In this document: piece by piece, positions 1 to 9,048 of the stretch | How the letters are laid out: every line of letters begins with the position of its first letter | Numbering within the stretch: position 1 is the stretch's first letter | Assembly: GCA_034520945.1 (NCBI GenBank) | Contig: JAXHNB010000005.1 | Location: 1 to 64,000 of the forward strand | Length of the DNA: 64,000 bases | Reading direction: 5' to 3' | Origin: Trueperaceae bacterium | Lineage (GTDB): Bacteria; Deinococcota; Deinococci; Deinococcales; Trueperaceae | Made by a program: the position numbers and the translations under genes | The notes under the pieces: generated by a model | What the model was told of the DNA's origin: nothing | The model's database searches: none | Seen by the model: only the letters and a program-made list of their open reading frames with translations

Positions 1-292
1 TTGCGGCCGACCGCAGTCCACGCGCTCGGCGGCCGCAGGTGCGCCGTCGTGTGACGGCTGCATTGCGATGCACGCGGGGATAATTTATGCTCGTCATGCG
101 GCATCGAACTCAGCACGGGCCACGTGCGAGCCGCCCGGGGAGGCGCCTGCGCCCAATGGCGGAGCGTAGCGTTCGTTCTTCGTGCACAGGAGTATGGGGC
201 GTGGGTCTCGACGCTGCACGTTGGTGTCACGCTGGCTTCGCCGCCTCTTGAACGCACGGGACGTAATACCTTTGCATCGTGGAAGGAACACC

Positions 293-3200
293 ATGTCAGA
301 CGAACGCGGTCACGTCCACTGGGCATCGTTGCGACGGCGACACCGAATTGCGTGGGCGGTGCCGATCGCCTTGTGGTGGTTGGTCGCCTGCGGCCAGGGC
401 GGGGACCCGAGCGAGGCGGTCGAGGCGCTGGCCGTGACGTCGGCGCGCGCCACCAGCGCGACGTCGATCTCCGTCACCTTCAGTCACCCCGTGACCGACG
501 CAGACGATCCCGGCGACTACGTCGTGCGCGATTTGGACGGCGCGCGGCTGGCCGTCGTCGACGCGTACGTCAAGGAGCAGGGCACGCTGGTCATTCTGGC
601 TACCGAGCCGCAGCGCCTGGTCGACTACGAGCTGGAGGTGCTCGATCCGACGCCCGTCGCCGGCGGCCTTCGGGCCGCCACGCTGCTGCGCGCGTCGGAG
701 CCGGTGGCCGGCTCGGCCGTGCCGGCGCCGTTCGTGCAGAGCGCGACCGCGCTGGACGACACGCACGTGCTGGTCACCTTCGAAGACCCCGTAGGTCCGC
801 CGGCGGTGGACGCGCACGACGATGCGCTGGACCCCGACGCCTACCTGCTGCTGGACCCCTCGCTGGGCGTGCGCGAGGTGCGCTTCGCCGATGGGCCCGC
901 GGCACGCACTGCGGTGGTGCTGACCACCGATCCGCTCGGGGCGGGCTCGCACCGCGTCCAGGTCGGGGGCGTCACCGTGCGGCCGAATCGGGTGCTGATC
1001 GACCCGTTCCGGAACGAGGCGATCTTCGGCGGCGTCGAGGTCGAGGACGGCACGCCACCGCGCGTGGTGGACGTGCGCGCGACCGATGCCACCACGGTCG
1101 TGGTTCAGTTCGACGAACCTGTCAGCGAGGGCGCGAGCGACCCGTCCATGTTCGTACTCACCCGTCCTGACGGCGACGTGCTTCAGGTCGTCGCCGCGCA
1201 GCTCACCGCAGAGGGCACCCGCATCGTGCTCACCACCGAGCCGATGGAGCCCGGCGTTCGCTACTCACTCGCGTTGGACGGCGTACAGGACGTGAACGGC
1301 AACGTGATCGCGGGCGGGACGACGACCGAGGTGACGGGCACGGACACGACCGAGGGGGTCGACACGGCGCCACCCCGCGTCACGGGCGCCACGTCGATGT
1401 CGTCCACGCGGGTCCTCGTCACATTCAGCGAACCCGTGCAGGGCGGAATGGAGAGCGCCGAGAACCCTGGGCACTACGAGATCGTGGGCACGTCGACGCG
1501 GAACGGCGCACTGTCCGCGCAGGCCACGCTGCTCGTCAAGAGCGCGACGCTGTCCGCGAACGGCCGAAGCGTGGTGCTGGAGACCGGGCCGCAGAGCGAG
1601 ATCCCCTACACGTTGCGGGTGACCCACGTCTTCGACGAGGCGGGAAACCCGGTGATCGGCCCGACGCGCGACAGGCCGTTGGAGGTCGACTTCTTCGGTA
1701 CGCCGGTGAGCGGCGCTGGGGTGGACAGCGACGGCGACGGCCTCACCGACGCGGCCGAGCAGAGGGGCTGGACCGTCGTGGTGCGCAATGCGAACGGTGA
1801 GACGGTCCGCAGCGAGGTGACCAGCGATCCGGGCGATCCCACCGTGCCGGTCGACCATCCCATCAACGTCGCGGCACGCGACACCGACCAGGACGGCCTG
1901 GGCGACGCGCAGGAGAAGACGTACCTGACGAACCCCCGCGCGGCCGATACCGACGGCGACGACCTCACCGACAGCGACGAGTTGAACCTGGTGTACAGCG
2001 ATCCGACGGTGCAGGACACCGACGGGGACGGCCTGGCGGACGGGTTGGAGTTCTCGTTCTTCGGCACGTCTCCGCGCAGCGACGACACGGACGGGGACCA
2101 GTTCACGGACGACTACGAGGTGGACGCGGACAATCGGAATCCCCGCCTGGCGGACCTGCCCACGTTGTTCGTGGACGTTGGCGCCGTCGATCTGCAACTC
2201 GATGTCCGCTTCGAAGAGGAGACCAGCCAAGGAAGGACCACGGTCGACGCCAAGTCGGTGAACTCGACGCTGGAGCGCTCCTCGTCCTCCACGACGGGTA
2301 CCGAGCGGTCGAGCACGTTCGAGTGGTTCGCGAAGGCAGGTCTGACGGCGGGCCTCGAGAGTGGCACCTCGGGGGTGGAGTGGAGTACCGAGTTCTCGGC
2401 CGAAGGTGGCGTCAGCGGTTCGTCCACGTCGACCTTCTCGAGCGAGTCGACCGAAGCCACCCAGCGTGCGTTCGCCACCTCCTTGGCGACCGAGCAGGAG
2501 GTGTCGGCCGAGTCCACGGTGAATCGCATCGTGGAGGGAGCCAGCCTCGCGGCGGAGGTGAACCTGACCAACCCCACGAACGTGGCGTTCACGGTCCGGA
2601 ACATCGAGATCACGGTCATGGCACAGGACGCGCGGCAACGCTCAGCCTTCGCACCCGTCGCGACACTGTTCGCCGCCAGCGACACCACGATCGACATCGG
2701 GCCGCTGACCTCGGAGCGAGGCCCCTTCCGCTTCGTCAGCCACAGCACCTACCCAAGCCTGATCGAAGGACTCATGAAAAATCCGCGCGGCCTGCTGTTC
2801 AAGGTGGCGAACTACACCTTGGAGGACGAGTTCGGGCGGCGCTTCGCCTTCGTCGAGCAGGACGTGAACGACCGGACGGCGTTCCTGGAGATCCACTACG
2901 GCGGTGCGCCCGACACCGAGTCGTATCGCGTGGCGACGAACGGGACGTTCGACCCGGCCGGGAAGCCGAGCGGCGTGACCATGTCGGAGGTCATGGAGGA
3001 CATTCTGGGCCTCACGCACGTGCCTCACGGCGATACGCCCGCTCAACACGGCACGACGCTCGACGAAAGCTACGCGACGGCCGTGGACCTTGACAGCGGT
3101 GTCCAGGTCCTCACGCGCGTCCGCAGCGTCGGGTACGACCCGAACGATCCGGACGACGACGCTCGATGGTGGGTCCTGACCCCGGACGGCCTCATCACGC

Positions 3201-5155
3201 CCACGGCGTTCACCGAGGGCCGGGCGTTCCGTTCCACGGCGGTGCGTTCCGGCGAGGGCTTCGCCTTCAAGTTCGTGACCGACGCGGACGAGGACGGTCT
3301 GGAAGCGTCGTTGGAAGCCCTCAACGGAAGTAGCGACGGCGACCCCGATTCTGACGGTGACGGCATTCCTGACGGCATCGAGGTGTTCGGGTACGATCTG
3401 GACCCGCAGAACGACACAGACCCGTGGATCGTGCGGTTCGATGATGGTCGCGACGCCTACCGCACGCATGCCAACCCCGCCCGCGCCGACACGGACGGCG
3501 ACGGCCTCAGCGACTGTCAGGAGCTCGTGTTCGGATCGGACGGCATGACGCCTCTAGCGTGCGCGACCATCGAGGTGTACCTGGACGGCGACGGCCTGCC
3601 GACGCTCGCGAGCGAAGGCAACGGAAGCCCGCTGGGGTCGTTCACCCTCCCCGCGCCTCTCGACCCGGCCGATCCCGACACCGACGGCGACGGACTCCTG
3701 GATCTCGACGAGGTGATCGGCTTCGACTACGAGGCCCTGGAGGGCGGGACCGCATCGTTGCGGCCCGACTTCGACGCCGGCACGCCCGCCTTGAACCCCC
3801 TCAGTCGAGATACTGACCGCGACCGCCTTGGGGACCTTCAGGAAATCCGACTTGGTACCGATCCGACCGGAACGGATCAAGACTCCGTGCTGGACGACGA
3901 CGGTGACGGCCTCGTGAACCGCGTCGAAGCGATCGGCTGGGAGGTGGTCTGGTACCCCGTCGGGACCGATCCGGAAGACCCGTCGACGGCATCGACGCGG
4001 GCCGTCGACTCCGATCCCGATGTGTTCGATACGGACGGGGACGGCCTGTCCGACCTGGAAGAGCTCGAGACCTGCCGCGACCGGAACGGCGACGGCATGT
4101 GCGCGCCCGACGAGTATTTCGGGCCGCTCGACCCGAGAGTGGTGGACACGGACGGCGACGGACTCACCGACCTCGAGGAGATCAACGGCGTGTCCTTCCC
4201 CTTCGACGCCGCGAACCCCGTGCGCTACACCGGTCCGCTCGTCGCGGACACGGATGGCGACGGATTGGCCGACGGCGAAGAGGTCGAGGACGGCTGGCTG
4301 GTGGTCGCGTCGAACGGCGCCGGACGCATGGTGTACTCGGACCCTGTGCGCTCCGACGCCGACGGCGACGGCCTGAACGACGCCGGGGAAGAGGCCGCGG
4401 GCACCGACCCCAACACCGCCGACACCGACGGCGACGGCACGACCGATCAAGTCGAACTGGACCGGGGCACCGACCCCCTCGCACCAGACGACCTCGTCAC
4501 CGTCACGCTCACGGCCATCCGCGTCGGGCCGAACGCCACCGCCGACGACGACGTCGCCGACTGCGAGGCGAACAACGATACGGCGACCGGCTCCGACGTC
4601 ACCGACTCGGGCGACTTCCGATGGTCGTTCCGCGTCCGCACGACCTCGTACGACGGGGTGGGCGTCTACCTTTCGGATGCCTTCGAAACGACACACGCCG
4701 ACCACTCCCTGACCTGCGAGCCGGGGGAGAACAGCAACTGCTACGACGACAGCGGGCTCAGCCCTACCCTGCAATTCGACGATCCGGAACGCGCGTTCGG
4801 GGTCGTGCGCATCGAGTCGACGGGCGTCAGCGACGTCCACGTATCGGAGATGTTCACCCTTCCTCATCAGCACGGCATGGTGATCGACGGCTGGGTCGAG
4901 GAGATCGTGATGGGGACGAACGCCGGCGGCGTCTACGGCCCGATCGACGTGGTGGAGTCGGACGCCCCCGACGCGACCAACGCCCGCTTCGAGTTCGGGG
5001 GGCTCTCCGCCGAGTCGGGTGGCGTGTACACGGACGACGACCTGCCCGAAGGTTTCCAGTCGTTCACGTTCACGGGCGACGAGGTAAGTCCCGTCGACGC
5101 CTCCTCCGAGGAGACCTGCACGATCGTGGTGGAGGGCTTCATCTGGGTGCGGTGA
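293..5155 (+). CDS. Large lipoprotein: 4 Ig-like repeats, ~16 DxDGDGLxDxxE Ca-binding repeats, central protective-antigen/binary-toxin-B-like domain
   Basis: ORF 182..5155; ATG 293 follows GGAAGGA. Lipobox WLVAC. Four repeats of the form V..A.A...T.V.V.F.(E/H/D)PV. About 16 DxDGDG motifs. NPRLADLPTLFVDV...Ser/Thr-rich stretch...ASLAAEVNLTN resembles PA domain 2. Confidence 0.8.
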   Translation: MSDERGHVHWASLRRRHRIAWAVPIALWWLVACGQGGDPSEAVEALAVTSARATSATSISVTFSHPVTDADDPGDYVVRDLDGARLAVVDAYVKEQGTLVILATEPQRLVDYELEVLDPTPVAGGLRAATLLRASEPVAGSAVPAPFVQSATALDDTHVLVTFEDPVGPPAVDAHDDALDPDAYLLLDPSLGVREVRFADGPAARTAVVLTTDPLGAGSHRVQVGGVTVRPNRVLIDPFRNEAIFGGVEVEDGTPPRVVDVRATDATTVVVQFDEPVSEGASDPSMFVLTRPDGDVLQVVAAQLTAEGTRIVLTTEPMEPGVRYSLALDGVQDVNGNVIAGGTTTEVTGTDTTEGVDTAPPRVTGATSMSSTRVLVTFSEPVQGGMESAENPGHYEIVGTSTRNGALSAQATLLVKSATLSANGRSVVLETGPQSEIPYTLRVTHVFDEAGNPVIGPTRDRPLEVDFFGTPVSGAGVDSDGDGLTDAAEQRGWTVVVRNANGETVRSEVTSDPGDPTVPVDHPINVAARDTDQDGLGDAQEKTYLTNPRAADTDGDDLTDSDELNLVYSDPTVQDTDGDGLADGLEFSFFGTSPRSDDTDGDQFTDDYEVDADNRNPRLADLPTLFVDVGAVDLQLDVRFEEETSQGRTTVDAKSVNSTLERSSSSTTGTERSSTFEWFAKAGLTAGLESGTSGVEWSTEFSAEGGVSGSSTSTFSSESTEATQRAFATSLATEQEVSAESTVNRIVEGASLAAEVNLTNPTNVAFTVRNIEITVMAQDARQRSAFAPVATLFAASDTTIDIGPLTSERGPFRFVSHSTYPSLIEGLMKNPRGLLFKVANYTLEDEFGRRFAFVEQDVNDRTAFLEIHYGGAPDTESYRVATNGTFDPAGKPSGVTMSEVMEDILGLTHVPHGDTPAQHGTTLDESYATAVDLDSGVQVLTRVRSVGYDPNDPDDDARWWVLTPDGLITPTAFTEGRAFRSTAVRSGEGFAFKFVTDADEDGLEASLEALNGSSDGDPDSDGDGIPDGIEVFGYDLDPQNDTDPWIVRFDDGRDAYRTHANPARADTDGDGLSDCQELVFGSDGMTPLACATIEVYLDGDGLPTLASEGNGSPLGSFTLPAPLDPADPDTDGDGLLDLDEVIGFDYEALEGGTASLRPDFDAGTPALNPLSRDTDRDRLGDLQEIRLGTDPTGTDQDSVLDDDGDGLVNRVEAIGWEVVWYPVGTDPEDPSTASTRAVDSDPDVFDTDGDGLSDLEELETCRDRNGDGMCAPDEYFGPLDPRVVDTDGDGLTDLEEINGVSFPFDAANPVRYTGPLVADTDGDGLADGEEVEDGWLVVASNGAGRMVYSDPVRSDADGDGLNDAGEEAAGTDPNTADTDGDGTTDQVELDRGTDPLAPDDLVTVTLTAIRVGPNATADDDVADCEANNDTATGSDVTDSGDFRWSFRVRTTSYDGVGVYLSDAFETTHADHSLTCEPGENSNCYDDSGLSPTLQFDDPERAFGVVRIESTGVSDVHVSEMFTLPHQHGMVIDGWVEEIVMGTNAGGVYGPIDVVESDAPDATNARFEFGGLSAESGGVYTDDDLPEGFQSFTFTGDEVSPVDASSEETCTIVVEGFIWVR

Positions 5156-5189
5156 CGGACCGCTGCACCTTCGTGCGTGCGAACGGGGT

Positions 5190-5211
5190 GACCCCGGCTT
5201 CGGTCGGGGTC
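5190..5211 (+). terminator. GC hairpin with cUUCGg loop after the lipoprotein gene
   Basis: GACCCCGGC-TTCG-GTCGGGGTC; no clear U-tract, so it may be a stabilising stem rather than a terminator. Confidence 0.45.
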
Positions 5212-5456
5212 CGCCTGCCCTCAGCAGTTCGGGCCTTCCTGGTGTTGGCATGGCGATGCTAGAGGGGAACCCGTGCGTACGCGAGCGGCCAGGCTAGGTG
5301 GCAAGTGCGTAGGTATGCATCTCGAGGAGTGCTTATACTGGATCGGCGACACGCACCATCGGCGCGTCGCGCGCGCCCCGCCCTCGGCCCGGCCTGTGCC
5401 CCTCGGCGGATCGCGGCCCACCCTTCGTGCGCGCAGGCCCAGAGGGAGTGGTTTCG

Positions 5457-6476
5457 ATGTGGAATGTAGATGTCAGGCGGTTCGCATGGGCGCAGATCAT
5501 CTTGCTCGCACTGTTCGTCACGGCGGCGACCGCGTTCGCGCAACCGGGCCCGCGAGGCTACGTCGACATGGTCTACGTGCCGCAGGTCGAAAAGGTACTC
5601 ATGTTCGGCGGTCAGCTGGACTATCTGGCGCCGTATCGTGCGGTCGGGGGGACCTGGTGGTACGACCCGGCCCAGGACGCCTGGAGCGAGGTCACCAGCG
5701 AACCGCAACCGGGCCCGCGCGGGGCCGCCCATCTGGCCGTGCACGATCCCACGGGGACGGTGGTGATGTTCGGCGGGGGCGTGCCGGTCGAGGGCGGGTT
5801 CCAACCGTTCAGCGAGACGTGGCTGTTCGACCCCGTGGAGGAGCGCTGGTCGCAGCTTTCCTTCGAGGAGGGTGCCACGCCCCAGGCCGAGATCGGCGAG
5901 ATGTTCGCGTACCACGCGGCGGCGGACCTGTTCGTCCTGCACGGCGGGTTCACGCTGGACGGGATGCGCTTTTTGAACGACACCTGGCACTTCGACCTGG
6001 GAGAACGCACCTGGATGAAGGTGGAGCCGGCTACCTCGCCCCCCGGCATGAACTACAAGGCGTTCGCCTACGACCCGCGCACCGAGCAGCTGGTTCTGAG
6101 CGGCGGTGTGGTCGAGGAGGTGGACGACACCTGGACGTACGACCCGCGGGATCCGGACTGGCAGCATCACGAGAAACTGCCCGAGAGACGCTGGGTCGAC
6201 TACGTGCGGATGGTGTACGACCCCAACCTGGAGACCCTGATCCGTTTCGGCGGCACCAACGAGGACGAGGGGGTCGTCTGGTCGGTAAGCGAGGACCTGG
6301 AATGGTCGTTGCTCGACATCGAAGGCGCGTCGCCCCCGCAGGTGAATCGGCATGCCATGACCGCCGTTCCAGGCCTCGGCGTGCTCGTGTACGGAGGCGT
6401 ATACCGCGGGCAGCCGGATTTCACGAGCGACATGTGGGTGATCGATACGGTCGAGGGGCGCTGGGAGAAGCGCTGA
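5457..6476 (+). CDS. Secreted Kelch-repeat beta-propeller protein
   Basis: Signal peptide (RRFAWAQIILLALFVTAATAFA/QP). Six repeats with hydrophobic-FGG/HGG/SGG/YGG...TW.YD/FD...W. Confidence 0.85.
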   Translation: MWNVDVRRFAWAQIILLALFVTAATAFAQPGPRGYVDMVYVPQVEKVLMFGGQLDYLAPYRAVGGTWWYDPAQDAWSEVTSEPQPGPRGAAHLAVHDPTGTVVMFGGGVPVEGGFQPFSETWLFDPVEERWSQLSFEEGATPQAEIGEMFAYHAAADLFVLHGGFTLDGMRFLNDTWHFDLGERTWMKVEPATSPPGMNYKAFAYDPRTEQLVLSGGVVEEVDDTWTYDPRDPDWQHHEKLPERRWVDYVRMVYDPNLETLIRFGGTNEDEGVVWSVSEDLEWSLLDIEGASPPQVNRHAMTAVPGLGVLVYGGVYRGQPDFTSDMWVIDTVEGRWEKR

Positions 6477-7025
6477 GCTGAACTTGAGGGGGCCGGCGCT
6501 AAGCCGGGTTGCTCGCCCTGGGGTCGCTCGAGAGCGGGTCGCTGGCCGCGGGCGGCGGCGACGGGTAGCTCGCCTTGTGGGCGTTCTTCACCGTAGGCTC
6601 GTTCGTCTCGCTGGCGCTGCTATTGGCGAGCATGCGCGCTGGAACGAATGGCGTGGGGCTCCGCGCCTGGCGCCGGAGAATCCTCGGGAAGCGTGACGCC
6701 GACAGGGTCTACGAGGCGGCATCGACGCTTCCCCTCCTGGCCGTCCACGACGCCATGGACGTGAGTCACGCGGGGATCATCGGGCGCAGCGGGGCTTCGA
6801 GGGGGACCCGGTTTGGATGCCAACACGGTTCGCACGCGAGCGAATGCGCGAAGAACCTTCGGGATCTGCATTCGGTCCACGTGCGCGGAAGTCCACAGGG
6901 ACAGCGCCGACGCCGTACAGTCCCGGGGTTCGTGTCGGCACGGCCGCGGTGACCGGCTACGTGGGCGCGGCCAGTCCGATGCTGTTGTGGTGGGCCGGCT
7001 CCGTATCGCCACCTCTCGCGCTCGG

Positions 7026-7045
7026 TACTATCTGTGATACTATCT
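7026..7045 (+). promoter_or_regulatory. Probable hicAB promoter/operator
   Basis: TACTATCT direct repeat (7026-7033, 7038-7045), inner TATC-TGT-GATA palindrome, extended -10 TGaTACTAT just upstream of hicA. Confidence 0.55.
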
Positions 7046-7067
7046 CCGCAAGAGGTTGGAGGCGGGG

Positions 7068-7328
7068 GTGGCGAACTGCGCGAAGCTCATCGACAAGGCA
7101 CGGCGATCCGCCGCCAACTTGCGCTTCGAGGAGGCGTTGGCACTGGCCGAGTGCCTTGGCTTCGAGCATGCACGCACGAAGGGTTCGCATTACTTGTTCA
7201 AGCGTGCTGGTCATCAGCAAACGGTCAACCTCCAACCAGACAAACGCGACGCCAGCAAGGCCAAGAAACGTCAGGTCGAACAGCTCCTGAAGATCCACGA
7301 CGACCTGGGATTCCCGGAGGCACGGTGA
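7068..7328 (+). CDS. hicA: HicA-family mRNA interferase toxin
   Basis: LRFEEALALAECLGF..RTKGSHYLFK..VNLQP..KAKKRQV; GTG follows GGAGG; overlaps hicB. Confidence 0.88.
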   Translation: MANCAKLIDKARRSAANLRFEEALALAECLGFEHARTKGSHYLFKRAGHQQTVNLQPDKRDASKAKKRQVEQLLKIHDDLGFPEAR

Positions 7329-7732
7329 TGACGATGGAGAACACGCAGCTGCACCGCTACAGCCGTCATGTCTACTTCGACGCGGACGAGCGGGAGTACG
7401 TGGCCCTGTGCAGCGAGTTCCCGCACATCTCCGCATTCGGCGAGACGCCCGACGAGGCGCTGGCCGAACTCGACGTGGCGCTCGAAGGCGCCCTCGAAGT
7501 GCACCACGAAGAAGGTTGGCCGATCCCTGAACCAATCGCGCCGCCGGAGCCCGAGGCGCTGCCCAGCGGCAAATTCGTGACGCGCCTTCCCAAGACCCTC
7601 CACGCCCAGCTTGCGCGCACCGCGAAGCAGGAGGGTGTGTCGCTGAACACGCTCGTGATCGCATTGGTTGCGCAGGGACTCCCCTTGCGCTGCCCTCCAG
7701 GCCAAGTGGGCAACGTGAAGGCACGCGTGTAG
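7328..7732 (+). CDS. hicB: HicB-family antitoxin with C-terminal RHH
   Basis: YVALCSEFPHISAFGETPDEALAEL..GWPIPEP..SGKFVTRLPKTLHAQLARTAKQEGVSLN. Start is 7325, 7328 or 7334. Confidence 0.9.
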   Translation: MTMENTQLHRYSRHVYFDADEREYVALCSEFPHISAFGETPDEALAELDVALEGALEVHHEEGWPIPEPIAPPEPEALPSGKFVTRLPKTLHAQLARTAKQEGVSLNTLVIALVAQGLPLRCPPGQVGNVKARV

Positions 7733-7892
7733 ATCTGTCTCCTCGAGGCTTGCCAACGTGATAGCCACAAGACGGCACAAGCCGGTCCCGACACCGCGAG
7801 ACCACACGTCTAGGCTAAGCACGACGACCAAAAGGCTCGTACGAAAGCGAAGATCGTACCCGTCACACTGCGAGCTTCGTACCTCGTCAACA

Positions 7893-7939
7893 TGGTGGGC
7901 GATGACGGATTCGAACCGCCGACCTACCGCTTGGAAGGC
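7893..7939 (-). repeat. att-like copy of tRNA-Val 3' end (outer copy)
   Basis: 46 of 47 nt identical to 37047-37093. Confidence 0.93.
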
Positions 7940-8208
7940 ACAAAGCAGAATGGCGAGTTGAGGTTAGGCCGAGTGGCTCGTCAGAGACGGGCTTCTGGCT
8001 TGCCCAAGGTCGTTGCGGATCGCGTGCGTATGGTCAGCTCCGATGAGTCTGCACACTGGAGACACACAGGTGCAGCGGGTTTGGTAGCCCCCGCACGCGG
8101 CAGATCTGTGATCCAACCCCGTCCGTTTGATCCAGTTGCCGTGTGGGTATCCGGAAGGGAGTCCCATGAAGGGCAAATCGTATTCGCCGGAGCTGATCGT
8201 CACGAAGC

Positions 8209-8838
8209 TTACGCTTCCCAGCCAAGAAGACTGTCCAGGAATCGGGATCCATCTCTGACAGCGACCACCGTTTCGTGCGCGCCGTCGAACGCGGCCTGCA
8301 GGCCCGGCAGGTCGAACCGCTGCTGGCGCAACCAATCGTGATGCGCCCTCGTCCACCCTCTCTTGCCGGGGTAAATGACACCGCGGCGCAGCAGCAGCTT
8401 GCCGAGCCGGTGGCGGGCACTCATGAGGTCGCGCCTGGCGTCCTCGCGAGCGCGCACCAGGTCACGTGCAGCCTCTTGCGTTTCGCTGGGAACGCGTACC
8501 GTCACGATCTCGTCGAGCCGTAGCAGCTTGGCGATGCGCAGCGCGTCCCGCGCGTCGGTCTTCACGCGCTCCCCGACCGGACGTTGCAGTTTCGAGGGCG
8601 CCAGCACTTCGCACCGCACGCCGCCGGCTAGAAGCGCTCGCGCCAGGGTGAACCCGGTCGGGCCGGCCTCGTACGCTGCAGCGACCGGGCCAGGAAGGCT
8701 CCTGAGCCACGCCAGCACCTCTGCCGGGCTGGAGCCGAGCCGGCGGCGGACCAGCTCGCCCGTCTCCGCATCGAGGGCCGCCCCGACCACCATGTGGGCG
8801 TGGACGTCCAAACCAACGTGCGTACGCTCTACACTCAT
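8209..8838 (-). pseudogene. IS110-family transposase, C-terminally truncated
   Basis: DEDD RuvC-like motifs VGLDVH..YEAGPTG..KTDARDA. Only 209 aa; the IS116/IS20-type C-terminal serine domain is absent. Left end probably at CTAG 8944-8947. Confidence 0.88.
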
Positions 8839-8841
8839 CCC

Positions 8842-8926
8842 AGGGCCTCCCTCACATATGTGGCTCTACGGATGAAGGGCCACCCCCCGCGGCCGCAACC
8901 CACGGACTTTGCGAGAGGAGGCCCCT
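8842..8926 (-). ncRNA. Candidate IS110 bridge/seekRNA in upstream non-coding region
   Basis: 8842-8856 and 8910-8926 form a long closing stem with inner hairpins, directly upstream of the transposase ATG. Confidence 0.55.
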
Positions 8927-9048
8927 ACGTCAAGCCATAGTGTCTAGTCCTCACGGTCGGTGGCGCGCCACGCCCGGAGCTCGGCCACCGGCCGCGAGGC
9001 GGAACGCCAGAAACCCGGAAAGCCGCGCACCGGGGTAGACTCCCCGCT

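Noticed and set aside
1720..4480. Recurrent GAC-ACC-GAC-GGC-GAC-GGC DNA motifs as a CRISPR-like array
   Set aside because: They are in-frame codons of DxDGDG repeats with synonymous variation and irregular spacing. No cas genes or true array were seen in the window.
6484..7012. Short ORFs between the Kelch gene and hicA
   Set aside because: No recognisable motif or start signal; probably decayed sequence.
7940..8260. Lower-GC stretch between the att and the IS110 break
   Set aside because: May be a gene remnant, but no frame gives a supportable assignment.
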